From: Octopus sinensis
Lineage: Eukaryota
Length of the DNA: 64,000 bases
Reading direction: 5' to 3'
Assembly (NCBI RefSeq): GCF_006345805.1
Contig: NC_043006.1
Span: 88,722,001-88,786,000, forward strand
Notes under the pieces: generated by a model
The model's input: the letters and a program-made list of their open reading frames with translations, nothing else
Database searches by the model: none
What the model was told of the DNA's origin: nothing
Part shown: positions 25,392-38,328 of the stretch, in pieces
How the letters are laid out: every line of letters begins with the position of its first letter
Numbering within the stretch: position 1 is the first letter of the stretch
Translations under genes and position numbers: made by a program

Positions 25392-25924
25392 GTGGCTCGC
25401 ATGGCCTCTGATCTTAACTGATTGGAAGTGTTATCATGTACATTGTTTTGTCTTGGTATAAAAGTTGGGCTACAGCAAATATTCTGCTCAATACCACAGA
25501 TTTGCTTGTCAGTTGTTTGACCTTAACCAGTTGAGCATGTCCCTTAGTGATTGACGATATGTGTATCTCTGATCACGAGCAGAAGTAGTGGGGGAGCATC
25601 ATAGCCATGTGTTGAGAGGGATTCTTTGGGGTTTGAATAATTCACCTCTGGAAACAGGGGTGTTTCGTTCAACATCCTTAAACAACCCTTATTCAGGGAC
25701 CTTTTGAGCGGGATGGGCTACTCAACTTGAAGAAAATTCTCACTGGACCCCACCTGCAAGGTCATGTGCTGTTTATCTTCATATGAGATCACCATGTCGC
25801 GCACATATGGTTGTGATGCATGTGCCTGGTGTACCCTTATCAGACGGGTAGTCATAATGGGTATATTGGGCTTCGTATATTTTACCCCAGTGTCACTTTG
25901 ATGGCATGAACTGCTCTCTCACTC
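25392..25924 (+). mobile_element. ~540-bp non-coding interspersed element embedded in (AAT)n (copy 1)
   Basis: Highly similar to 36493-37035 and 54016-54570; all end in ctctctcactc-(aat)n. Confidence 0.85.
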
Positions 25925-25959
25925 AATAATAATAATGATAATAAATGTCTCAGATGACT

Positions 25960-26560
25960 TTTCCACACAGTAAGAGACGGTCAGACATATAATTTGTGGA
26001 TACTCAAAACTACCCCAAACGATATACAAGGAATCCAGGACTATTTCAGCAATGCGAATAACTGCGAGTTGTACAAGAAGAATAGGTTAGAATGTTCTAA
26101 CGAGTGGTATGAGCATGAAGCTTTACCTGTTGCAGAAAATCATAAGGTAAGATTCGTATGGGGCATGCTAGTGTATACAGACAAAAGGCTGCGTCATAAC
26201 CGACCAGGCATCACTCTCCTAATTGAAGAAGTCCAAAGAATGGACCTGCATCGACATAACTATACTTGAAGACCAAAATATTGTTAAGACGAAAGTACCA
26301 AGACTTGGGATGGAAGTGAAAAGAATCCATTGAGTCTGGTACTTATTGTGATCGGTGCACTTAGGACTATCTCAAAGAAAGCAAAATTCTAGCATCAAAA
26401 GTTGCAAGTACCAAACTCCTTAAGAAGTATTCGGATGGCACCAGTACTTGGAACAGCTGACGTGTTGAGAAAAACGTTGCGTCACGCAGCTGCGGGCTGG
26501 AACTGACACGTGACGTAGACATAGATAAATCAGAAATTACATGTGTAAAATAATAATAAT
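25960..26560 (+). pseudogene. R4/Dong-like LINE 3' end (RLE domain) with (AAT)n tail
   Basis: WYEHEALPVAEN...VWGMLVYTDKRLRHNRPGIT ... IVIGALRTISK ... LGTADVLRKTL, then a short UTR and (AAT)n. Confidence 0.75.
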
Positions 26561-26656
26561 AATAATAATAATAACAACAACAACAACAACACAACAACAA
26601 CAATAATAATAATAATATAATAATAATAATAATAATGATGATGATGATGATGATGG

Positions 26657-27037
26657 TGATTTCAAAATTTAGTACAAGACCAGTAATTCTAATGGAAGGG
26701 GTAATTAGATTACATCGTCCTCAGTACTCGACTGGTAATTATTTTATCGACCCCGAAAGGATGAAATGCAGAGTCGACCTCGGCGGAATTTGAACTGGAA
26801 CGTAATGACAGAGAAAATACCGATGAACATTTTACTCAGAGTGTTAACGATTCGGCCAGTAATAATAATGGTGTCTTCAAATTTTGGCACAAGGCCAGCA
26901 ATTTTGGGAGTGGAGGTAAGTCAATTATATCGACCCCACTGTTCAACTGGTACTTATGTAATCGACCCTAAAAAGATGAAAGGCAAAGTCGATTTTTCTG
27001 TGGGGGGTAGGAAATTGGAACTCCAACGTAAAGACAG
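26657..27037 (-). mobile_element. Two adjacent Nin-type SINEs (second truncated at the duplication boundary)
   Basis: Family motifs at 26657-26860 and 26871-27037. Confidence 0.8.
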
Positions 27038-27537
27038 CTAAAATTTAACATGTACCTATTATTACTGAATGGAACAACGACTTAAAGTAAGATGTTTACA
27101 GTTTAATTCAATATATTATTGCTAAAAAATATAAACACTCCTCACATACAGAGTTTCATATTCTGGGGAAAGTACTGCTGAAGACCTTGGCATTTCTTTT
27201 CACTGAGACTTGGTCGTTACCCATCACTATGCTGCCGGTAAATACATTTCTCAGTCATGCCCGTGCCTTCATAAATTGTTCAAAGTAAAAGTCTTTTTTT
27301 CTAAATATCTGTTGCGTTGTTAATATATCGAAAGATCTACAGAAACACACAAAAACAACAAAAATTAACTACACTCTTTTACTCTTTTACTTGTTTCAGT
27401 CATTTGACTATGGTCATGCTGGAGCACCGCTTTTAGTCGAGCAATTCAACCATGAGACTTATTCTTTGTAAGCCTAGTGCTTATTCTAGCGATCTGTTTT
27501 GCCGAACCGCTAAGTGACGGGGTCATAAACACACCAG
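27035..27537 (-). repeat. Second arm of the inverted duplication (partner 21556-22060)
   Basis: Reverse complement of 21556-22060; lacks the SINE head present at 21317. Confidence 0.9.
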
Positions 27538-28773
27538 ATTCGATTGAACTCAGCGGTGAGCTGATCTGTCAGGCATACTGCAATAATAATAATAATAATA
27601 ATAATTATAATTATAATGATAATAATCAGGTCAGCTCCGGTTACGTAGACTTACGATCTAAGAATTCCCCATGACCACTTTCTCTTTTTTTTTCGATATC
27701 AAGCCCTGCATTAAAAATATCCAAGTGGTAAAGGATTTAGAGACCCGGGCATGCTTGTGTAGTTAAGTAACTCGGAGTCACGTGATTCTCAGTTCGTTCG
27801 TTATCAGATTGTACCACCTTTGGCAAGTACTTTCTACCACATATTAATTTTGTTTGTGTGTCTATTTTGTGTGAGTGTGTTTGCGTGTAGAGGGTGAGTT
27901 TGTGCTAGTGTGTCTGTGTTTGTATTGTTTGGCGAACTTTATTGGCAAAAGATGTAAACATAAACGAGAATGCATAAAGCATAGCTTTCCAACAAATTTA
28001 CCTTCGTTGCTTTCTAGTTTCCCTTGTCTGTCGTGCGGCTGTTGTAAATTCAGTGAACCATTGATTGGCGCCCTGCAAAACCGTAACCATTGATACTATA
28101 GCTCATGAAATGCAATATAAAAATGTAATCCTATAAATCATGTTGTCCAAGAGACTTGTTGTCTCTGGAGCCATTCGACCGTTATTTGTTACAGGTATCA
28201 ATGTCTCACACCATTCTGTTTCTGTTATCGAAAGCTGTGGCAAATATTTGGAGCAGGCCGTGAAGTCTACCGTCACCTATTCAGCCAAGTTTCTTAACAT
28301 TTCGGTGAAATATTGTCAAAACTACGCACAGCTGCTCGGGGTCGAACGCCATTGCAATTTCTGCACACAATTTTCCGCGTTTAATTTCCATTCAGAATCT
28401 AATAGATTTTGCTGCCTCTTCTCATTTCTGCTGCCGAGAATCAACGAATAATTTAATGAATGTAGATTAATGGAGTCCATAGAGTATGTTTTAATTTAAT
28501 CTTCTAATCTTCTATTATATGATACCGGTACAATGTAGAGAAACAAATTCAATATTACAATATATCAATTTAGCTAGTGTATGTCAGTTATATTGTCATG
28601 GCTATTGAACATGCGGGATTAGATAAACACTGCATTCTTACAGAAGATAGATAACAGCGACCGGGGAATATACGATTAGTTAAAACAGAATAAACACTTT
28701 ACGTAGCAAAGGAAAATAACCCAATGGATATGAGCTAATACTTTTAAAAACAAAAGAATAAATGAAGATTGAA

Positions 28774-29150
28774 GGCGCAGGCGTGACTGTGGTAAGAAGC
28801 TTGCTTTCCGACCTAATGGTTCCGGGTTCAGATTTTGTGGCATTTTGAGTAAGTGTATTCTACTATAGCTTCGTCCATGGAGTTGGTAGTTGGAAACTGA
28901 AAGAAGCCCATCGTATTTATAAATGTGTGTGTGTGTGTGTGTGTCTTTTTGTCTGTGTTTGTCCCCTTCCACCGCTTGAAAACCGGTGTTAGCGTGTTTA
29001 CATTCCCGTAACTTAGCGGTTAGACAAAAGAATCAATAGAATAAATACCAGGATTTAAAGAAGTACTGTGGTCGATTCATTCGACTAATTCTTCAAGGCG
29101 ATGCCCCAACATAGCTGCAATCTGATGACTGAGACGTGTTCAAAAAGAAA
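28774..29150 (+). mobile_element. CORE-type SINE, diverged
   Basis: ggcgcaggcgtgactgtggtaagaagcttgc...ggaaactgaaagaagccc... Confidence 0.8.
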
Positions 29151-29664
29151 ATATGGTCGATGAATCGAAGTATAACATAAAGAAAGCAAAAAAAAAACAA
29201 ATCAGAAATTCATAAGACAAAGATATCTGTCTTAACAGACTTAATAGTTGAGGCATTACAAGAAATGGTTATTTCAGAACCATGGTTTTGAAAATACTTC
29301 AAAATTATTTGGAACGATTCAAGGTTGAAATATAGGAGTAAAAGCGTTGTTTAATACAAGGAAACAACAAGGAGGGCAAAGAAGATCCTATCTAATGACT
29401 CATCACTTGTCTACCAGTAATCTATAAAATTTCTCCACCAAAATATCTAGTAAGATATTTGATTATAATACATGATACTGAATGATTGTATACAGAGATG
29501 TAATCGAACTAGTGTCCACATTTTAGTAGCTACAGTCACAACGTTTCGACCGTTGAACCCAGCGGCCTTCTTGAAGTTCCTGTCATACTTGGTAACGCAG
29601 CCACCCGTTTATAAAAGAATAAACGCATATTCTAGGCTCTGATAAGTTCTTCAGCTGGAATAGA

Positions 29665-29900
29665 CTGGTGGAGTGGCGTGGTGGAATACTCTAACAGAGT
29701 GACCTGGTGCAGTATTTTAGTGGAGTGGCGTGGTAGAGGGACCTCGTGGAATGGCGTAGTAGAGGGCCCTTGTGGAGTGGCTTGTTGAAGTGATCTAGTG
29801 AAGTGACTTCGTGGAGTAACGAAGTGGAGTGGTCTGAAACAATGGCTGAGTGGAATGGCTGGTAGTGTACCCCGGTGAAGTACCGTGGTAGAGTGACCAG
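29665..29900. repeat. Degenerate G-rich minisatellite (gtggagtggcgtggtaga-like units)
   Basis: Recurrent gtggagtgg / gtggtagag motifs at about 15-30 bp spacing. Confidence 0.55.
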
Positions 29901-30724
29901 TAAGTTCTTAATATTAGCTTATTGGCTCAAACATCTAGTTGTTAGTAGACAGAATCAACTAAACAATATGCCGTTTCGCATATGTTTGTCACAGATCTTG
30001 CTCATAATATTGTTGCTGATGCGGTGCTGATGGTGTTGGTGGTCGTCTGATTTGAGGACTGCGTTTTGATTTAATAAATCTATCATAAAACATTTAGACT
30101 TTATATATATTTTCGCTCTTTGTTTTTAAGGAAGTAGGGTATATATTGAGCAAGATTTGGCTGCTGCTGTTTCTAGAACGTTATGTGACAACATTGAGTC
30201 CTCTCGTTAGGTCGACACATGATGTAGTTGTTATTTGTGTTGTAGTTTAACCTCGAGTTAATTTTTACCAAACGCATTTTGGTCGTGAACATCTCATATT
30301 TACTTCGACTAGTTTTCTTGGAGAATGCTATCCGATGTCCTTCTAATAATGGTAGAATGTATTTGATAGAGATTAGGCTACTATTTTTAACAAGCTTAGC
30401 AATCGCATAGAGGATCTCTCATTAAACCTATAAGTGGAGGTGCAGTTTAACACCAGTGAGATCTGAACTAAGTTGTAAGGAAGTTTGTAGGGACAGTTTT
30501 TAAGATTAGTATTTGTAAGACAGGCAAATATCAGAAGTCCTAGCAAAGCGATGCTGGAAACGTGATAATTCTTAAATATTTGTCTCTTTTGAAAGAAAGG
30601 AGAAAAGTTTTGAGAAAGACAAATCTGTAGTTTTTGAGGAGATTGGACGCTGCCAAAGATTTCAACAGAATAGATGCAGGGCAAATGTATATGAGATGAA
30701 TAAAAGGACTCTATCTACAAGTAC

Positions 30725-31550
30725 CTATCTGGGCTCTACCGTCACCTACAACCTATCCCTTGACGCTGAGCTCAATATACGCATTGGCAAGGCAGCTGCT
30801 GCGATGGCCCAACTCTCCAAACGGGCTTGGGACAACAATAAGCTGACCAAGACCACAAAAATGAAGATCTACCAGGCATGTGTACTCAGCACTCTACGGT
30901 ATGGAAGCGAGACCTGGACGCTATACACACGCCAAGAGCGTCGCCTAAACATCTTTCACCTGCGCTGCCTCCGAAAAATCCTCCACATCAAATGGCAGAA
31001 TCATATCCCCAACAAAGATGTCCTCAGGCAAGCAGGAATACCAAGCATGTTTGCACTCCTCACACAAAGACGTATGAGATGGCTTGGGCATGTTAGCCGT
31101 ATGAAAGATGGCAGAATCCCCAAGGACATACTCTACGGAGAGCTTGCTAGGGGTACTAGGTCTGTGGGTAGACCGATCTTACGTTACAAGGATGTTTGCA
31201 AAAGGGATATGAAGGCCTGCAACATCAACATTAGCGGTTGGGAGGCAGTCGCCGGCAACCGTGGAGAATGGCGACGTACAGTAAAAGAGGGTATACAGAG
31301 GAGTGACAGAAAGAGAGAGGAGAAATGGAAAGAAAGGAAGAGACATAAACAAGAGACCATGGCACTACAATCAGCCAGGAACAGTCTTCGCTACATTTGC
31401 AGTACCTGCCAGAGGGAGTGTTTGTCCAGGATAGGACTACACAGCCACAGCAAGAAATGTAACAGGAAATAAAATATAACAGCCGGACTAGACCTAGAAA
31501 AAAAAAATGCGCAACTCCATTGTCTCCCGAGACAGAAAGGATGCCAAACA
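30725..31550 (+). mobile_element. 5'-truncated RTE-clade (BovB-like) LINE, uninterrupted ORF to stop, 12-bp TSD
   Basis: TSD atctacaagtac at 30713-30724 and 31551-31562. ORF YLGSTV...YGSETWTLY...FHLRCLRKIL...CSTCQRECLSRIGLHSH ending at 31472. Confidence 0.92.
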
Positions 31551-33022
31551 ATCTACAAGTACACAAGTTCATGGAGTGATCCTAAGGGTACTGAAACAAT
31601 GCTCTTTTCCTTAGATATTAGATTTTACTCAGGCAAACCTAGTCAAAACGATAAATTTTTCATGTTTTCTTTATTGATAATCTCTATTTTGTTACTAGAT
31701 CGATTTATACTAAGCAAGTTAAAGTGCAACGAGAATGCTAACATTGAAAAATATTCTAAGAATGAAATAAAAAAATATATGTATACCAGTTAAATACTGT
31801 ACCGACAAGTCATTTTTTTCCAATTAAATATACTGTCCAGGTGTTATATGTTTATTACTTTGATAATGAAATAAAAGACTAATACCCAGATCTTTAATAC
31901 CGTCTGATGTGTTTTATTCAATAGAGACATCTCAATAAAAGATGTTTTAAAATCTCTTCAAATCTAAAGGTTTGAAATAATAGTTTGGAAACAGAAATGA
32001 CACAGAAATACGCTGAAGTTCTTCGGACATTAGGGATCAATTATAAGCGAAATCAAAAGTAACATCAGATGTTCTGATAAATCTACGTAGGCAGCAAGTT
32101 AGTGCACGTTTTCTAGGTACGCCTATGGTCGAAGCGTACTCTTTTTTAAGAAAATGAAATGTCACCGGAGATTATTCAATAAACAGAATAGGATTCTTTT
32201 ATTGACATTTGCAATAAAAGTGTTATGTTGGCCCGACAAAACCAACAATAAAATGGGTTAAAAACGGTTGAAGATATAAATGCAATAATATGTCTGAAAT
32301 ATATCACAATCATTAGCTTGTTTTCAATTCGCTGAATAGATGAATAAATGCTATTTTTAAACTGGCTTGTGTTTATCTTGAGACAGCAACCTCTCATATT
32401 TCTATAGAGGATCGAATAAGTGCCGTATTGCATAAAAGGTTGGATTTGGATAAGAGTTGTTCAAAGCTCTAAAAAAAATATTGCCACATTCTAGAAATGA
32501 AAAATATATTTTCATAAAGTGATAAACGTTTCAGTTTCTAGTGTTTCTAAACAGCCAAAGGGATCGAAACGGTTTATTCAATAACACAGTGTAATGTATT
32601 TTTAATCACACCGTTGTTTTAACTTTCTAGTCGAAAATAAAATTATTTCAGGCATTTTTCCTATGATGTATTTATTTACAATAAATAATATACTACAAGG
32701 ACTTATTATTTTGACCACAAAAAATTTGAAATGCCACAATGTTTCACGTCTTCTTTATGAAAATACTAGAGTTCTTTTACTTCACTCTTCTCGAAATTGA
32801 TAATTCTCTTAAATATTAACACTTAAGACTAAACTGTTCATATTACTCTCAAGTGATTTCTTCTTACATTTCAGGTCTTTACTTACAAGATTTCATCTTG
32901 ACCACTACATCATACGAAACCAAATATGTTTTAAGCGAATATTATTAACATTGTTTTCAAAAGTCTTACAAAGTTACAAAAAAGATGATATTAACTGTTC
33001 TTACACATTTTCATTAATATTC

Positions 33023-33412
33023 GTTTCAAATTTTGGCAAAAGGCCAACAATTTCGCGGGAGGAGATAAGTCGATTACATCGACCCCCAGCGTTCAAATAG
33101 TGCTTGTTAACTACCTCGAATGAATGGAAGGTAAAGTCGACCTCCGTGGAAGTTGAAAACTGACGAAATGCCGCTAAGCATTGTGTTCGGCGTGCCAAGG
33201 ATTCTACCAGCTTGCTGCCTTTATTGTTTCAAATTTTTGGCACTTGACCACAAAGTTTGGGGGAGGGGAAAATTGATTACATCGACCCTAGTGTCCCTTG
33301 TGCTTACATTTTATTGTCCCTCCCTGAGATGAGGAACGGCGAAGTCGACCTCAGCGAAATTTGAAAACAGATAAAATGCTACCATACTAAGGATTCATTC
33401 AGCGCGCTGCCT
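33023..33412 (-). mobile_element. Two adjacent Nin-type SINEs
   Basis: Family motifs at 33023-33221 and 33226-33412. Confidence 0.75.
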
Positions 33413-34249
33413 TTATTTTTTTTTTTTAATATTGATATCCGTAATTGCAAGAGCAAAATTACTGGTATCACCAAGGAATTTTCTCGGCATGATTTGAACT
33501 GAGACTGAAGTAACAGCTAAATACAGAAGACATTTTTTCGGCATTATTCCGACTTTCTTGCGTGTCTGCCAACCCACTGCCCCCTCTGTAATTTGAATCT
33601 ATAATTAATGAATTACTTGATGTCAGTATAATCTTGATGTCAGTATAATCGACTTTACTCTTCTGCTAAATGTAAAACTTTATGCTATGTTATTTACTGT
33701 TCCCGTCATCTCTCCTTCTCTCTTTCTCTCCCTATCTCTCACTCTATTTCCCTCCCCTCTCTCTCTCTCTCTCTCTCTCTCCCTCTCTCTCTGTAGTACA
33801 TACTGTTACTTGGAGAGTTTGGTTGCCTTCGTAACATTTCTGCAGAGAACATACGTCATGAAAAGAGCAGGAATAAATAGTCAAATTTATCCACGTTAAT
33901 TTTATTAATTTAGGCATGTCACCATCAATTTATAAGTAATGGAAATGATATTTTCCGAGATTTTCTCGATAAATTAGTGAAATAAAATTATTCTGGTTCC
34001 AACTGAGGAAACATTTTTTTTAAGATAGAATAAATTTCATATTTCTCTATTCAAGACACGACGCCATATAAGTTATTTCAATTTGATATGTAAAATTATT
34101 TTCTTTGCGTTCAGAAAGTAACATTTAAATAAAAATACAATATATACATATATGCATTGCCAGTATAAACAGATTAAAATTCAAATGTATGCAGCGTGAA
34201 TGTATGTATGTTGTGTGGAGAAATTTTGTGGGTATGCACAGATATTGTT

Positions 34250-34900
34250 GCATGAGTGATGTGATGTATCTAATACTTAGAACCTTCTTAGATAAAAGAA
34301 AACGTGTGGGTCATGTTAGTACGTAGCCACTCCTTCACATGTCTCCTGCCAGGCCCCTCTGCAACATACGGAGTGGAAAACATTACTACTTGTTGTTCAA
34401 TTTAGCAGTCTTGCACTTGAATAAGGTTTGAAGTACGGAGAATAAAAGCATTCAATTAAGAATGATAAAGAAGAGATTGTCGTCAGGTACTGTTCATTGG
34501 TTCAGGTTCTTCACAGCCTCATTCGTTTTTGCATCGAAGTATCCGCATATTGCCCAGTATATCCATAACTGCCAACTCCATCGAGCGTCTGAAGATACTC
34601 GGACTTTTAAAGGACTGAGTAGCAGTAAATAATATGATCAGTTGCATCAGTGAGCTGATTGCATTGTCTGCACTTGATATTAACATCCTCTTTGATTATT
34701 ATATATTTGTACTGTTTATGGCTAGGAATTCGTACTGTGGAACTAAAGTTATACATTCCGTTACTATACAAAGCTTGGAATTATTGTTGGCCTTCACTCT
34801 GTCAAGTCTTGTGGCGGTGTTAGCCAAGAGCAATAATTTTTTATATATTAAACACCATGGTCTGTAATACATACTTCCGATACAATGGTCTCAGACCTGC
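34250..34900 (-). pseudogene. R4/Dong-like LINE zinc-knuckle region, highly degenerate
   Basis: KCRQCNQLTDATDHIIYCYSVL*KSEYLQ ... YWAICGYF, resembling CRxC...DHI...C...EY..RHD. Confidence 0.5.
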
Positions 34901-35194
34901 TGGTCATCACGTACATGGAGCAACTGGAGCGCTCAGTGCTTAGCACCTGTCACTCCTTTGTCTTTGTCTCTAGATTTGGTGATGACTTCCTAAAGCTAAT
35001 TTCCTTCCGAAAGGAGGCTATCGGCATATAACCAGACATTCAACAACGTCGACAAACACATAAAATTTGAGATCGAACGCTCGCACGCGAGTTTAGAACC
35101 CTCTCACTCTGCTCGATCTCCATCTCAGAATTTAGTGGTAATACAAACTATTCGCAGCGTGTTATTAAAGACTTGAGATGCATCTCAAACGCTT

Positions 35195-35626
35195 TACACC
35201 TTCTAAGGCTTCTGGCAGTGAATCTGAGCGTCAGAAAAACATTATGACGCTCCATGAGAAGACACAACTGTTGGATATGTTCCGGGAAGTAAAAGTTATG
35301 CTGCAGTAGGTGGCTATTATGTTTTCAACGAAAGCACCGTTCAATACATAAAGAAGAACAGTGTGGTGATCAGGACTACCGTAGCAGTAAGTTTCTGTGA
35401 AAGTGCCAAAAAGATAACGATAGAGAGAAATAGATACTTCATCAGGGTGGAATCTGTCTTGGCATTGTGGATCAGTGACTGCATGAAGAAAAACATCCGC
35501 GAGACAGCGCAGAAATTATACCAACAGTTCGCCAGAGAAGACGGAGAAGAAGGCACCGAAGAACTGCAACTAAGACCATTGACAGCACGTGAGCCCGAAA
35601 AGAGTTACAGAAAAGAGGCAGACTGA
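35195..35626 (+). pseudogene. pogo/Tigger transposase N-terminal (CENP-B-like HTH) remnant
   Basis: MTLHEKTQLLDM ... NESTVQYIKKN ... RVESVLALWISDCMKKNI, similar to Tigger/TIGD1 N-termini. Confidence 0.7.
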
Positions 35627-36020
35627 TTATTGTAACAAACCAATCTTCACATGATATCATCCTCTGCCATATTTGTGCAACAACTGAGGAAGGGCACATA
35701 ACGCAAAAGTATCGAAAAATACCGTAAAACTTCAGCTATCAGTCTGTTTTAATTTTTGTAGTTTACTTTGTATTTCATCTCACATTGTTTTGTTTTATTA
35801 AGTTTATCTAACGATATTTTTTGCTCTAAACATAAAGGATTTGAATCACTTTCATTTAGTTATGTTCACTTTATTTATAATACTGAATACCCCTTATTCC
35901 GTTGCGTTAAATAACGACAGGTAAACATATTTTAATAAAAAAAAATTATATAGTATTTTTAATTACCATTTCTCGCTATAGTAACGAAACCCGAAAATAT
36001 TATTATTATAATTATCATTT

Positions 36021-36058
<38 letters not shown>

Positions 36059-36296
36059 TCGCATCCCGGAAAACTGCCTTTCCTTAAGTTTTTATACGTT
36101 TCATGTAATACTATAAATTGTTAATTCCCTTCCAGCCTTGCCACAGGCGTTAAGATATTTGTCTCTCCACAGCGTCCAAACGTATTTCTTCCAGGACACA
36201 TTTTTACCAACGGACACCATTACCTTATTCCTTGCACTCACGCATTTTGCTTTCCCTTTATATATATGCATTTTTACCTACACTGTGTTACGAAGG

Positions 36297-36347
36297 AATA
36301 ATAATAATAATAATAATAACAATAATAATAATAATAATAATAATAAC

Positions 36348-36393
<46 letters not shown>

Positions 36394-36418
36394 TAATAAT
36401 AATAATATAATAATAATA

Positions 36419-36459
<41 letters not shown>

Positions 36460-36492
36460 TATAATAATAATAATAAAATAATAATAATAATA
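36297..36492. repeat. (AAT)n microsatellite
   Basis: Directly visible. Confidence 0.95.
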
Positions 36493-37035
36493 GTACCAGG
36501 CAGTGGCTCTCATGGCTTCTGATCTTAACTGATTGGAAGTGTTATCATGTACATTGTTTTGTCTTGGTATAAAAGATGGGCTACAGCAAATATTCTGCTC
36601 AATACCACAGATTTGCTTGTCAGTTGTTTGACCTTAACCAGTTGAGCATGTCCCTTAGTGGCTGACGATATGTGCATCTCTGATCACGAGCAGAAGTAGT
36701 GGGGGAGCATCATAGCCATGTGTTGAGAGGGATTCTTTGGGGTTTGAATAGTTCACCTCTGGAAACATGGGTGGTTCTTTCAACATCCTTAAACAACCCT
36801 TATTCAGGGACCGTTTAAGCGGGATGGGCTACTCAACCTGAAGAAAATTCTAACTGGGCCCCACCTGCAAGGTCATGTGCTGTTTATCTTGATATGAGAT
36901 TACCATGTCGCGCACATATGGTTGTGTTGCATGTGCCTGGTGTAACTTTATCAGACGGGTAGTCATGATGGGTATATTGGGCTTCGTATATTTTACCCCA
37001 GTGTCACTTTGATGGCATGAACTGCTCTCTCACTC
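36493..37035 (+). mobile_element. ~540-bp (AAT)n-embedded element (copy 2)
   Basis: Homologous to copies 1 and 3. Confidence 0.88.
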
Positions 37036-37109
37036 AATAATAATAATAATGATAACAAACGAAAATACAAAATTTACCACTTTTATGAAAGACGTTAAAT
37101 TCTGCCACA

Positions 37110-37672
37110 TATGTTGATGTAAAGTACGTAAGAGCCTCTGGGAAAACAACATTCTTTGTTTTCTGGTTTGGAGCATAGACAAATAAGTCTTGCAAACTAC
37201 TGGAGCAACCAACATGAAGGTGGCCATGAGAAAAGCAAGCCTGTAGATTTCAAAGGCTGACCTTGAGCTTTATTAATAGACATTGCAAAGCAAAGTTGCA
37301 CAGGGAATTGTGTTCGTTTGAACTCAAACGGCATGTCTGTTGGTTTGTTTGGAATACTTGGAATGAAAACCTCTTCCCCAGAAGCACATTCAGTGATGAT
37401 GGTGCCTTCTGTTACATTAGTTGATAATAGCTTCACAATTAACCTTGTCCCATTGCATAATTTAGGAAGATCTAAATTTCTTAGAAGCATTGTTGGGACT
37501 CCTACCTTCAGAAAAAGTTTATGTGGAGGAATTCCAGGTGGCTCAAGAGAATTAAGGAACTCATCAAGGACTGAATCAACTGATTTGTACTTCTTAATGA
37601 CTGTTGGAATCTTATTCATTAATTCATGGTTAATCCTTGCAACTGTCTCATTTTTTGGAGCAATTCGGCGGA
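37110..37672 (-). pseudogene. Helitron Pif1-family helicase C-terminal fragment
   Basis: EFLNSLEPPGIPPHKLFLKVG...LLRNLD...LCNGTRLIV...RTQFPVQLCFAMSINKAQGQ, then FSHGHLHVGCS...KTKNVVFPEAL. Confidence 0.88.
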
Positions 37673-37752
37673 ATTCAAACTCAAAACGTAATGGCTGACT
37701 AAACACCGCAAAGCATTTGCCCGACGTGCTAACGATTCTGCCAGCTCGCCGC
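37673..37752 (-). mobile_element. Nin-type SINE head only
   Basis: gcggcgagctggcagaatcgttagcacg...tttgaattccgccga, ending at the helicase junction. Confidence 0.75.
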
Positions 37753-38142
37753 ATTATTTATGCAAGATATTACTAAGGAGAATTGTTACTGTTATCATTT
37801 AAAGAAAACATACTACCAACTGATGAAAACAAGACTGGTAGGAATAAGCTACGTTGGTGAGATCAAATAACACTGAAAAATATGTATAGCAGTGCCCCTT
37901 GCAAACAAAGACTTTCTAATAAGTATGAAAATGATTTTGTTTTAATGAATTCTTAAATTTTTGAAACTATCCTCCATTCTGCTTGAAAATTGCTAACAAT
38001 CACCTCTAGGTTCCTCTTTCACCAATTCCTTGCATACGTTATTCAGCACATTGGCCTTCAGCGTTGTGTTGCCTCTACAGCTATAAATACAGTGGAAACA
38101 CTAAGACATTAGGGGTAAGACTATGTGTGTATGTATACATAC

Positions 38143-38192
<50 letters not shown>

Positions 38193-38223
38193 GCGAGAAA
38201 GAAGCAACAAGAATGGATAGGTT

Positions 38224-38313
38224 TTTAGTACAATCGTTTCATACAAGGACAGGCTTTATTAAAAGTTGTAAAAATTACAGCATATAAACGTGTCCCGTAC
38301 TCATCAGCTAAAA
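38224..38313 (-). ncRNA. Type I hammerhead ribozyme
   Basis: Mirror image of 38329-38417. Confidence 0.75.
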
Positions 38314-38328
38314 TACATGTGAGTTCTC

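Noticed and set aside
28140-28451. 103-aa ORF in non-repetitive sequence
   Set aside because: No recognisable motif or splice support; length is attainable by chance.
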